Source: Camelus ferus
Taxonomy: Eukaryota
DNA: 64,000 bases
Assembly: GCF_009834535.1 (NCBI RefSeq)
Contig: NC_045698.1
Location: 1,118,001 to 1,182,000, forward strand
Reading direction: 5' to 3'
Shown: one piece after another, positions 33,574 to 44,935 of the stretch
Position numbering within the stretch: the stretch's first letter is position 1
How the letters are laid out: the number at the start of each line of letters is the position of its first letter
Translations under genes and position numbers: made by a program
Notes under the pieces: generated by a model
Seen by the model: the letters and a program-made list of their open reading frames with translations, nothing else
Databases searched by the model: none
What the model was told of the DNA's origin: nothing

Positions 33574-36500
33574 TCTTAGTATTTTCTAGTGTTTATTTTA
33601 TGGGCGTTTGGTGGGTCGATGTCACTGAACTATGCTTTGCAGCCTGAGCTGAGATTCCAGTGTAGGAAGGATATATGATGGCTTGGGAATGAAATAAGAA
33701 TCAATTGGAAAATATGCTTAGATTTACACTTATAATTTGAAAGAAGCTTTTTTCTTATAAAAGAGAAGCCCAAAGTTGTATCCAAAGGAAGAGCTTTTTC
33801 CTAAGGAAGTCAAGACTAAAGTTCCCACCTAGAGGGACTCGCACACGTGGTCTTCCATTAGTGCACCTGGCTCCCTGGGTCGGGTGACGAGAGCCTTGTT
33901 CCTTCCGCTTGAACGGGGCCAGGGGCCGGGGACCCCTTGAGGGGCTCACCGCCGCTGCTTGGGGACCCCTCTTCCCTTTCTGGAAGCTGTTAGCAGACTC
34001 TCAGTAGACCCTGGGCAATTACTGTGGCCTCCAGTTTCCAGCCATTGCATTCCCAGATTTTCTCTCTGGAGCCAGTGGGAATTTAGCAAACGGCGTGGAG
34101 GTGGCTTGACCATCCAGGCATCAGAACGCCCATGGCCTTCCGCCTGGCAGCACAGGGTCTCCCAGTGCAGTGTCCACTGCTTGTCCCATGCTCCCCACCG
34201 CAGGTCCGGGTCCCAGGCCCGCCGCCTCCCTTCCTTCTGTCCCTCCTGTGCCCGGTCTGCAGAGACCAACCGATGTGTGAGCCCTTTCTCCGTCGCCCAC
34301 GCAGAGAAGAGGCAGAAGTGAGCTTTGTCATGATGAACACAAGTGAGTTTAAAGGTGTCCTTCAACCTGGGAGTTTGGATGAGGACTCCTGGGGCACCGC
34401 CCCGGGGAGCCTGGCACTCCGGCCGTGTGCAGCAGAGGGACTCCGCCTGGGCCAGGCGCACGTTGAGCAGGAGGCTGCTCCTCTCTGCTTCCCCTGCTTC
34501 TGTCCCAGGTCTGAGGGGGCCTTATCCTCATTCTAAGACCCAAGAGAGCCACGCTGTTGTAAGGGCTCTGTGGCACTGAGCTTCACCCCAGCACCCCTGG
34601 TGCTTGTCGGACTGGGGGCCCACAGGGCGGGACACCGTCACCCCCCGCGCCCCCTGCCTGGGGCCCGCCCAGGGCCCGGCACGTGGCAGGTCAGTACGTC
34701 CTGACTGACTGATTGATTGGATACATTCACTGCATCGCATTAGTCAGTGACTAAGAAGAGTAAGGAGGGCCGTGCGGCTTGATGTGAGTGTGACCATGTT
34801 TCTGCTCCTTTTGTGAGAACGTAGCAATTTGCCCAGCGTTTCCTGTGAGATTTTGAACATGGAGAGAATGTCTGCGGCCTTGCTTTGCCATCTGACCGCC
34901 TCTTCCCTCACACCCCGGAGTGAATCCTCTGGGCGGGCGATGACCAAGATGGGCCCCGCCCCCCTCCGAGGGGCTGGAGAGAACTGGACCCTCGCGATGT
35001 TAGTGGCCAGGTGGCCCTGGTTACACCACGCACCAGGGGAGGAGTTTCTCTGTGAACTTTCGTGAAAATTCATGTCTGAATTTTCCACTATGGTTTTTAC
35101 AGGATCTGAAGTTGGAACAGTCCTCCTTCCCTCCCTTCTTCCTTTCCAAGATTTCCTGACCAAGGTCCTCTCCGTGAAGCTGGGGTTTGCTGCTGTTTCC
35201 GGGTATCCCTTGGCTCTCTGTCCCGTCAGGGAGCCGGCGCTGTGGGCGCGGGCGAGGCAGGGCCTCAGGCCCTCAGCGGAGCAGAGGGACCCACCTGCAC
35301 ACTGACCGGGGCCCGGGATGTTCGGGGTAAAGGCGCTGATGCGGGTGCCTGGAGTTTCACTCCCAGGCTGCTCGAGAAGCAGGGGAGAGGCGCCCACAGG
35401 CCTGCCCCCGGGCCCGGGTCTCAGGCTGAGTCGGCCTCGTGCGGCGCGACCCCTTTGCCCCCGGGACTCGGCGCGCCGCTGGCGGCTGGGGACCACTGGG
35501 TGTTCGAGGAACCAGGCACGCTCCGCACAGACCAGGCTTGGAGAGGCCCTGCGTGTTTGGGGGCTTTATGGCGTAACTTACAGGTTTGGGAAAAAGCAAG
35601 CTGCCTCCTTTCAAGCTTTTTCACAAAAGAGGAACGGCCGCGTGTCAGGCGTGCAGGACCGGGCCTAAGCCGCTTGCTGCGACGGCGGCGGTGTGAGCCG
35701 GGCCGCCCGGCCGGAGGGTCCGGACCTCCTCCTGGGGCTGCGAAGCCTGTCGCGGAGTTTCACAGCAGCACCGCTTTCCCTCGGAAGTCACTGCAGTCAA
35801 CACAGACGGGGACTCACTTCCCGGAGTCTGCGTGCTCCTCCCTGCTGAGCCGCGTGCCTCCCCCAGAGGGGCGCTTGTGCAGGGAAGGCCAAGTCTTTGT
35901 CCAGGCGTGTGGTTTCCTCACCAGCAGAACCGCAGCGCCCCTGAAGGAGACGGGGAAGGCGCAGGAGGTTTCCAGGTGCGCACCTGTGGAGGGTCGGCTG
36001 CTTTATTTGCACAGAAAACAAAGCGAGCGCCTTACATTTTGACTTACTACTAATAAGCGGTTTTGAAACGTGAGATTAAGAAAGACAAAATAATCAGCAA
36101 AATAATGATTTTGTTTAAATATAAAGTGTATCTTTTTTTTTTTGTCATCATCTCGTGCATTCAGCGTGATGCCACTGTTAACCTTTGAAAGCGCGAACGT
36201 GACGTGATGTCATTCCCCGGGAGGCCGCCAGCCCTGCAGCTGCCGCGGCCGCAGCTCTCAGGACCGGCACCCTGAGCCCAGACAGACGCCTTACTCCCAC
36301 GGGGCATCGCGGTTCTGCTCTTCTGTGGAGGCTGGTAAACAATTGAAGACTGAGCTTTGTGGCGTCAGGGCTCAAGCTGGGAGAGTACCCCAGGATCGAG
36401 GTCCTGGTTCAACCCATTCAACAAGCAGTGTCCCCAAACGGGATTTGCCGGCTCCCGCGGTCAGGAATGCCAGGGCTTCGAGCAGAAAGGAGAGAAATGT

Positions 36501-39141
36501 GTCTGAAATGATCCATCCCAAACGCTGCCCACACGGGACGGCTTCTCCCGTTGCGACCGTGCACAGCGTGTGATGTCCTCCACGGCAGGACCGGGGCGCC
36601 CTGTGCCACGTGGGCTGCCCGCGTGGCCGTGCCTTCGGACCTGGTGTCGGGGGTCTCACAGGGAGCCTCCCGTGCAGATTCCCGTGCCCTCCAGGCCTGG
36701 CTGGGAGCCGCAGGTTCCGCGACTGCGTGTACAGCGTCCACTGAGCCCTCAGCTGGGCTCAGCCTGGTGCCAGAAGGGAGTGGACCATGCCATCGGGCAG
36801 CGGGACCTTCTAGGCTGTCGCCCCGGCTCCTTCCAGGGAGCCCCGAGTGTTGCCCTCTTTTGGAAACGGACATGGCTTTGGGGGCAGCTTGTCCCGCGGC
36901 TCCCACTGGGTTCCGGGTTGGACGAGCATCGGGGGACTGCTCTGTCCAAGGAATGCCACTCGCCAAGGGGCTCCTCCTTGCCTGTCGTGTCTGGAACCTT
37001 GGTCCTGAGACCTGGAAGAGGGGGACAGAGGAGAGTAGAGCATCTAACTGGAGCTGCAGGCCAGGGGCGGCGCGGTGGGGAGGGGCCCCAGGGCTTTCCC
37101 GGAGGAATGCTGAAGAGCAGCGCCATGAGAGGCTGCTGGACTCCTGGCAGCTTCGCGGGGTGGGCAGTGAGCTGGGTCAGGGCAGTGGCGGGTGGTCTGT
37201 GGGCCCATGGCGCATGCAGAGGGGCCTGTGGTGACCGCAGCCCAGCGACTGGGCCAGAGTGCGGGGAGGACCGGGCTGGGGGTGGTGCCTCGTCCACCTC
37301 CCACCCAGTCTCCTAGTCTCGGTAAAGCAACCCTGGGGGCTCCCATCAACACCCACTCCCCCTCGCCCCCGATCGACAGCAAGTCTGCCAGCTGGGCTCC
37401 GAAAGGGACCCACTGGCTCTCCAGCCCCGCCCCCACTGGTGCTACTAGGGCCCGGTCACCTCTTGCCTTGAGTCCCAACCTCACCACGTCCGATCTAGTC
37501 TGCCTCCTGGCCGACTGTGGTCACAGTGACCCCTGGAAACAAAACGCACGTCATATCAGTGACCTCGGAAAATGTAACTCAAGTCACGTCATGTCCTGTT
37601 AGGACCTCAGGTTAACCTCACCTCCTGTGCCCACGTGGCCTTCGTCTGTCTGCTGTGCGTTGGGCTGGCACCTGCCTCAGGCTGTCCCTGGTCCTCACAG
37701 GTCGTAGGCCCTTCCTGATCAGACCTGACCCACCCCTCCAGCCGCGCCCTCGGGCTCCCCGTCCCTCGCCTGTCCCTGCTTATGCACCTCGTGTCCTGTG
37801 CGTGACGGTGGCTGTTTCTGGCCTGTGTTTGACTGTTTGGTTCCCTCCTGCCTGGCCTCCATCCCCCCGCTGGGATGGTGAAGGGGTTGTCTGGTCAGCC
37901 TGTCCCACGACCTGTCCCGCGGTGCTGAGCACAGACACTGGAGGTTCAGGGTCGGCCTAGACTGCCCGAAGTAACCCCCCCCCCCCGCCAGCCTGGGGGA
38001 TTCCACCGTGGGCGTGGGATCCTGTGGTCTCCACAGAAAACTGGGACTCCCAGCTTGTTGGCCAGGAGTCCAGCATCCGCCTTGACCCTTCCAGAGGCCT
38101 TGGAGGGGGAGAAAGGAGGGAGCAGGGGTGGGGACAGGAGGAGGGAGGAGCTGGGCTCCGAGGGCTGGGAGGAGGGGCGATGCTCACACAGCGTGGTTCC
38201 CATCCCAGCTTCAGACCGGCCTTCCCAGACGGAGGGACTGTGGCCACTACCCAGTGGGCTGGCTGCTTGGCCACGGAGCCTGGGAAGGGTGCTGAGCAGC
38301 CCGGGTGGGGGCTGGGCAGGGACCCCGCCTGCAGCCGGGTGTCAGCAGCCGAAATGGCAGAGTCTCTGTCTTGCGGGAAATCAATTGCAGGGGAGAGAAA
38401 ACAGGAAAATTTCTTTTAAATGCCTCAAATCTCCTGGGCTGTGTGTTGTACAATGAAATGAATACATGAACCGCACAGAAAATATATCTTTCAGCTTCTC
38501 AGAATTGCTGTTTCCTAAGAACAAAGCTCTAATCAGCTGGGAGTCCAGGACTCCAGCGGCTCAGGTGAGCTGGAGCTGAAGGTGGCTTTAACTTTTCAAA
38601 TCTTGCAGCTGAAAGTCAAAGAAATTGAAAATCTGCGCTGCTGCTTTCTAGACAATTTCATCGTCATGGGTTCCACGCTTCACAGTATCAGCCGCGCTGG
38701 AAGTTTTTTGCTTTGTTCCAGAATGTTTGTGCTGCTCCGTGAATAAACCTGCCTTCTGCATGGGGTGCGCTTCTGATTGAGGCAACTGACCATTTAGTGA
38801 CTAGAACGACCGGTCTCTGGAAAGGGGCAGGATTTACACGTAGTTCTCCGTTAGCGCGAAAAGCCTGGACGTAGTTTTGGGTTTCAGTGCCTCTCCTCTG
38901 CGCTTGGGAGTGATGTGGACAGTGCTGCGAGGATTGTGTGTCTTAGCGATGACGCCGAGCAGGGCAGGCACAGATCCATTCTGTGGGACACTGCTGATCT
39001 TGGGTGGCAGGTGTGACATGGAGAAGCAAACCCACAGGTGCTTTTCTGCTCTTCTGGTCAGTTCCCGAGGACACTGGGGGTGAGGAGTGGCACGTGGGGT
39101 GATCATCACACGAGACATCAAGCGCAGATGGGAAAGGTCAC

Positions 39142-39568
39142 GACTCAGCCAAGAAAAGAATGAAATGACTGACATTTGCAGCCACGTGGGTGGACCTCAC
39201 GATTGTCATCTTAAGTAAAGAAGTCAGCTGAGAAAGACAAACATCATATGAGATCACTTATTTGTGGGATCGAAAACATGATACAAATGAAACAGACTCA
39301 CAGAGAACAAACTATGGCTACCACAGGGAAGAGGAAGGAGGGATGAATTAGGAGCTTGGGACTAACAGACACACGCACACTGTGTGTAAATAGGTCCGCA
39401 ACAAGGGCTGCTGTGCAGCAGCGGGACCTGCGCTCGATGTCCTGTGACAAACCATGATGGAAAGGAATATGAAAAAGTGTGCATGTGTGTGAGTGAATTG
39501 CTTTGCTGTGGACTGGAAACTAACACACCATTGGAAATCAACTGCACTTCAATTAAAAAGAAAAAAAA
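39142..39568 (+). mobile_element. 5'-truncated L1 3' end with poly-A and TSD
   Basis: aagaatgaaatg..catttgcagccacgtgggtggacct...gaaactaacacaccattggaaatcaactgcacttcaattaaaaa; TSD gaaag(g/t)tcac at 39132-39141 and 39569-39578. Same 3' UTR type as 29453-29963. Confidence 0.88.
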
Positions 39569-40189
39569 GAAAGTTCACATATCTATTTTCTCAGTTTTTG
39601 AAATAATACTTCCTGTGACCCTCTTTGCTGTAAGACTTTGCTGAAATGTAGAGGAGCTTTCAAAATTCATGGGAAACGGACGTTTCAGTCTTGGTTAATC
39701 ACTGGATGGTCAAACTGCAGAAAACAGTGGGGCGAGTAAATAAAAACTTCAGGAGACGTTAAGTGTCTGCAGTTGAAGGGCATAAAGATCTGACAGGCGC
39801 ACCTGCGTGTTTCATCATTTCTAGTGTAGCGCGTCCTGACCCTGACGAGGCTCAGGAGTGACTGTTCATAGAAGATGTGCCGGAGCCGAGTCTGAAGCCG
39901 GCTCCCGGGCGTCCCGCCCCAGACACAGCCTCTGCGGCGAGAAGGGTGCCCGCGACACGGCGAGTGATAGCGTGGGGAGGCTCTGGGGCGCCCAGAGTCA
40001 CAACAAGCCAGGGCTGAGGCGGGCTGAGCCGCTCAGCCTTCTGCCCCCAGCAAGGCGGCTGCCCCCTGACCTTGGGCCAGTCACCCAAGTCTTGGTCGCC
40101 CCGGTAGACTGGCAGTGACCCTCATTCTCTGGAGCTTGAGGGGAGAAGCGTGAGCTCACGTCAGAGGTTCCTGGAGAAACAAAGACCGT

Positions 40190-41960
40190 GCGCTGCAGGG
40201 ATGACATTTCAAACATGGTGTGACAGTGGCTTACGGCCACCATCTTGCTTTGCCCCAGATTTTGTGGCTGGCACCTGAGGAAGGGCTCCGCTGGGTGGCT
40301 TGTCCCTGGCCTGTGAGGTGCTGGCCGGGGCCCCTCCACTCACATGTCTGGTGCCTGATGGGCAGCTGTGTCCTTCCCCGGCCCCACACGGTCTCAGGGC
40401 CTCACCCTGGGGCCTCCAGAAGGGGAGCTGGACTGCTGGCAGGGTGACCCAGGATTTCCTCCCTTAGCTCTGAGGTCCGTGTCTGGAACCTGGCACCTTT
40501 TCTGCCATACCCTGTCGGGTGAAGCCGTCACAAGCCTCATCCCGATTTAAGGAGAGGGGACAGCGGTCCCACACCCCACAGGGGGAGTGTGAACACATTC
40601 ACGCCATCCTGAGATGGCCGCGGTCTTCTCTCCGGCCGCAGGTTGCTTATATACGGCCCCTACGTGTGAGATGCTCTCATCTTCCCTCACAAGGTCCCCG
40701 GAGTTTAATTTCATTATAACGTCAGGTTCCGGCTCAGGGCCAGGATTGCCTCAATAAATCAGCCCATGGGGAAGGATCCCTGGGCGGGATCAAAGGTTCC
40801 TTCTGAGCTTAAAACCTCCCAGCTGAGATGGCAGATGCCCTTTCCTGCTCACACCCAGGGTGACATGGTGAGAGTACACAGGCTAAAGCAGACACACCTG
40901 CCAGCAAAGGGGCCGTGGAGAGTGGAGGCCAGTGCCGCAGCCGCCAGTCCTGACAACTCCGATATCCTGCCAGGCGCAGGTGCTGGTGACTCGACTGGGG
41001 CCTCCTGCCCTTGGCTCTGTCCTCTAAGACATCCTTCTTTTCCTTAAGGAACAGCAAATACTTCTAGATCGGAAGATTGCTTCGTGCATGTAAAAATTGT
41101 GAAAGGTTGAAGTCCTGTATTTTTCCTGTTTCTGCCTCTTCTGGTCTTAACTGACACGTTTTCTTTAAAGCGCTGTGGACCTCCTGTGTATCAGATTATA
41201 AATGTCTTCTGTGTACAGCACGTCACTTTCTGAAACAGGACTGCAAGTCAGGATGCCGCGGGCCCGGCTTGGAAGGGCTTTGGCAGGTGTTCTGTCAGGT
41301 CGAAAGGGCCTTTGGGGCACATTCTTAAGATTCTAGAGGTCTTCACGTACGTGTCTTAAACCACGTCTAAGGTGTCAATAAAGGGACTTCCGCTACCCCT
41401 GGGAGCCGCGCACTGAGGCCGCTTTCCAGCGGTCCTCGTCCTCGGTTCAGCATTTCCCTGAGGTCCTTTCCAGGTCTGAGGGTCTTTTGCAGACTGGAGA
41501 AGAGCCAGTTGAGAGACAGTTTTATTTTTGGACTTAGCAGGTCCTGGCTTATGTTTCCTCTAATTCTGTCTGAAAATGAAATATTTCTTATTTATTTGTT
41601 TATTTTTGTAACCACAACTCTCCACAGGCACCTCCCGGGGTCCTGCGCGGAGTAAGCAGCCCGACCCTGTCGCAGTCTCGCGCCCGAGGAGGAGCCGAGG
41701 TTCTGGTGCTTGTTACTTATTATCTCAGATTCTCTTTGTATGTCCACATTTTGTACACTTCCAAGTTCATTTTCATAAAGGAATCGATAACCTCTTACTT
41801 TGCTGAGACGGCAGGATCCGCATTGATAGCTCCATTTTCACTTCCTTGTGCTGGTAACACGTGCTTTCCCTCTGTTTCTTGGTCGGTCCTGTTAGCGCTA
41901 ACCCAGTTCTAACTGTCTTTTCTAAAAACCAAGCCGCGGGCATACTGATCCATATTGTGT
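40190..41960 (-). mobile_element. MaLR MLT1 LTR (~40190-40620) followed by MLT1-internal sequence
   Basis: LTR motifs ctccactcacatgtctggtgcc and ttctgccataccctgtcgggtgaagccgtcacaagcc, then internal-type text (gagacagttttatttttggacttagcaggtcctgg). Recalled consensus. Confidence 0.55.
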
Positions 41961-42049
41961 ACTTTACTTCATGGTTTGTTATTATCTGATTCCACGCACA
42001 TGATGTTCTCTAAGGATGGCGGAATCGAGCTAGAAGCCCACGCCTGAAA

Positions 42050-42225
42050 GAAAGTATAAGAGTTACCCAATGTTCAGAAAATGAATGACGCTCTCCTCAG
42101 TGGCTCATGGTTCCAAGAAGAGATCATGGGGAGGCTGAAGAATAGTTTTAGCTAAATAATGATGAAAACAAAACATACCAAAGTCTGAGATGAAGCTAAA
42201 AACATGCTTAGAAGGAACCTGCACT
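42050..42225 (+). mobile_element. L1 ORF2 endonuclease-region fragment
   Basis: catggttccaagaagagatcatgggga...aatgatgaaaacaaaacataccaaagtctgagatgaagctaaaaacatgcttagaaggaa. Confidence 0.7.
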
Positions 42226-42394
42226 TCTGACTGCAGGCGTCGGTGCTCCTAACTGCAGGAGCAAGAAGAAAGGCTGACAGGAGGCGTGCAGATCGGGAAG
42301 TTAGAGACAGAGGAAGAGCAGCAAGTTGCCCTGAAAGCAGGCAGGTGCGAGGTCTCTGTTGCTGCTCATCCAGTCCGATACGTATTTCTCAATC

Positions 42395-43200
42395 ATTAGA
42401 CTTTATTCTTCAGAGCAGTTGGAGGTTTACAGAAAAACTGAGCAGAGAGTACAGAACGTTCCCCTCGCCCACCCTAGTCTCTGCTCGGTGTGACACACTG
42501 ACACTCGACGAGCCGGTGTCACCACCTTGTCCTCCGCTAAAGCGCATGTGGACCCAGGGCTCGCCCGCTGTGTCAGCCGCTTGGCTCCACACAGAGCGGT
42601 CCCACGGCCCGGAAGCCCTGTGCTCCGCCCACCCTGCCCTCCCCCGACCCCGGGCGGCTGCTGGCCTTTCCTTTTACCGTCCCCCAGAATGTCACGCAGC
42701 TGGAATCACACTGTGCGGAGCCTTTTCAGATTGGCTCCTCCCACTCACTGATGTGCGTCTGAAGTTCTTTGTTTCCTTCATGGCTGAAGGCTCATTTCTT
42801 TTTGGTGCAGGATGATGTTCCATTATCCAGATGTACACCTGCCGTCAGCTACTGAAGGACCTCTTGGCTGCTTCCAGGTTCTGGCAACAGTCATTAAAAC
42901 GGCTGCGAACATCCACGTGCAGGTTTTGTGTGGACGTAAGTTTCCGGCTCCTTTGGGTAAATGTCCCGCAGTGTGGCTGCTGGATCAGACAGTAAGAGCA
43001 GGTTTAGTTTTCTAAGAAGCCCCCAGGCTGTCCTCCGGAGGGGCCGCACCGCCCGCCTGGGTTCCCCTGCAGTGATGAGATTCCCCCACTCCACGGCCCG
43101 CCAGCGCCCCCGCCGCGGGCCGCCGGCGCCTTGGTCGTAGACGCCGTCACGGGTGCGAGGCGGCCAGCCTCTGCTTTTCAGTGGAAGTGTGGAGCCCACC
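42395..43200 (-). mobile_element. L1MB-like 3' end, strongly GC-enriched
   Basis: cagagcagttggaggtttacagaaaaactgagcagagagtacagaacgttccc, ctactgaaggacctcttggctgcttccaggttctggcaac and catccacgtgcaggttttgtgtggacgtaag. Confidence 0.8.
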
Positions 43201-43639
43201 GCCCGGGTGCTGCTAGTGGTGTCGGAGCTGAGTCGGCAGCGGGTGTTCTGTGCCGCCTCACTGTCTCGGGTTCCCCCTCCCCTCTCCTGCCTCGCTTTGA
43301 ATCAAACCAGCATTTCCTTTTAGCTTTTCTTTCACTCTCTGTCTTGCTACTTCAGCATTATTTTGGCTTCGTGTGGAGGCTGCACAGGCTTGGAGAATCT
43401 CCCCACTGTCAAAGCCGAGGACCCCACGTTACTGTCGCCACCTCCCCGACAGGCCGTGAGCCCCGGGGCGGCTTGTCGTCCGGCGCCTGGGTCTCCGCCC
43501 TTTGGCCCCGCTGCCCCTCCTCGGCGTCTGCAGTGAGTGTCCCCGTGTATTTATGTGGCCGCGTCTCTGGGTCCAAGTGAGGCCACCCTCTTCGGCCTGG
43601 AGACGGCACCACGGGTTCCCCTGGAGCCGCGACACTTCC

Positions 43640-43800
43640 ACGTGCTTTTTCTAGACACTTCTCCAAAGTCTCTTTATTTTACCTTCACTTTGAAAGAATT
43701 TTTTTTTTTTTCTGGGAGTAGAATTGTAGGTTGTCCTTCTTCCTTCTAAGCACATTGAAGACGCTATTTTGTTGTCTCACAGCTTCAGTGTTTTCCTCCC
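43640..43800 (-). mobile_element. L1M fragment
   Basis: gtctctttattttaccttcactttgaaagaattttt...gggagtagaattgtaggttg. Confidence 0.6.
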
Positions 43801-44589
43801 CAGTTTCTTTCCTTCCCGGGTTTTAGACACTCGAGTCCTTTGAGCTGAGATTTTCTCTGATGCTCTCAGCTTATTCCTCCAGCAGACTTTCTGGTTGTTC
43901 TTGGCGTGGGCCCCGGTGCTCTGGGAGCCGGTGGGGGCGGCGGCCCCTCCAGCTCGTGAGCGGCGTGCATGAGGCCGGCGGGGCCGGCGAGGGGCTCTGG
44001 AACCGGCCCCACAGACACGTGACCCGGCCAGCTGTCCGCAGATGGACCAGGGTGAGCCTGGAGCCCAGGTCGGGGTGGAAGGCTGGGAGAGAGAGAAGCC
44101 TATTTCTTCTTCAAACCAGCCTCTTGCCATGCTTTTATCCTGTTCTCTTCTTCACCTTGGTGTAAAAAGAAGGAAGTTTATTTGAATCCTGGTCCTTCCG
44201 GCAGCCCTGAATGGCCCCAGGGCTGAGTGTTTCCATTCCCATGCTGTAGACAGGGAAACCGAGGCAGAAAAGTGCTGCGGCTTGTCCTGACCTTGTACCA
44301 CGTGGGCCCCGGGCCTGGACTCTCATCTCTTGAATTCCGCACCAAGTCTGCTTCGAAGGAGCCCCAGCACCACCCGGTGCCACACCTCCTGGACCTGCCC
44401 TGGCTCCCTGAGCCTCGTCTCCAGTCCCATCCCATCTCTGGAGGATTAGGCTCCAGCAGAGGCCTGTGAACGGCCAGAAAGGTGCGCTGGCTCATTCTTA
44501 TTTTGATCACGAGGGTGGTTCGCTTTCCTGGTCCTGACCCTCCGCTGTTTTCCCGCAGGGCCTACGCAGGCCGCCCACCGGGGGCGGGG

Positions 44590-44935
44590 CAACGGTGACG
44601 TTTCTGTGTGACTTGGCCACAGCCCTTGCTATTGATCAAATATTCACCTGCTCTTCCTGCCAAGGAATTCTGTGGACGTGATTAAAGTTCATAACCAGGT
44701 GACCCTAAATGAAGGAGACTGTGCTGGATAATCCGGGCAGGCCTGATCAGATCGACGGAAAAGACCCCCAAACAGGGCTGAGGCTCCCCTGAAGAAGGAG
44801 ACGTGTTGTGGATGGACGGCAGCATGGGCTGATCCCCGGGTGTCCCAGGCCTTCCCGACGACCTGCCCTGAGGGCTTCAGACCTTCCTCGCCAGACGCCC
44901 AGTCTTGGAGCCGGGGCCTAGAAATCAATGTCACA
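44590..44935 (+). mobile_element. ERVL MLT2-like LTR
   Basis: tttctgtgtgacttggcc...gtgattaaagttcataaccaggtgaccctaaatgaaggagac...ggataatccgggcaggcctgatc...cctgccctgagggcttcagac. Confidence 0.65.

Noticed and set aside
34701..34730. TGATTGAT PBX-like site
   Set aside because: Part of a short (TGAC/TGAT)n run resembling a decayed L2 tail or microsatellite.
34744..35496. 250-aa ORF with a more protein-like C-terminal half (possible pseudogene or transposase relic)
   Set aside because: I could not match it to any family and saw no poly-A or TSD; a BLASTX/Dfam search would settle it.
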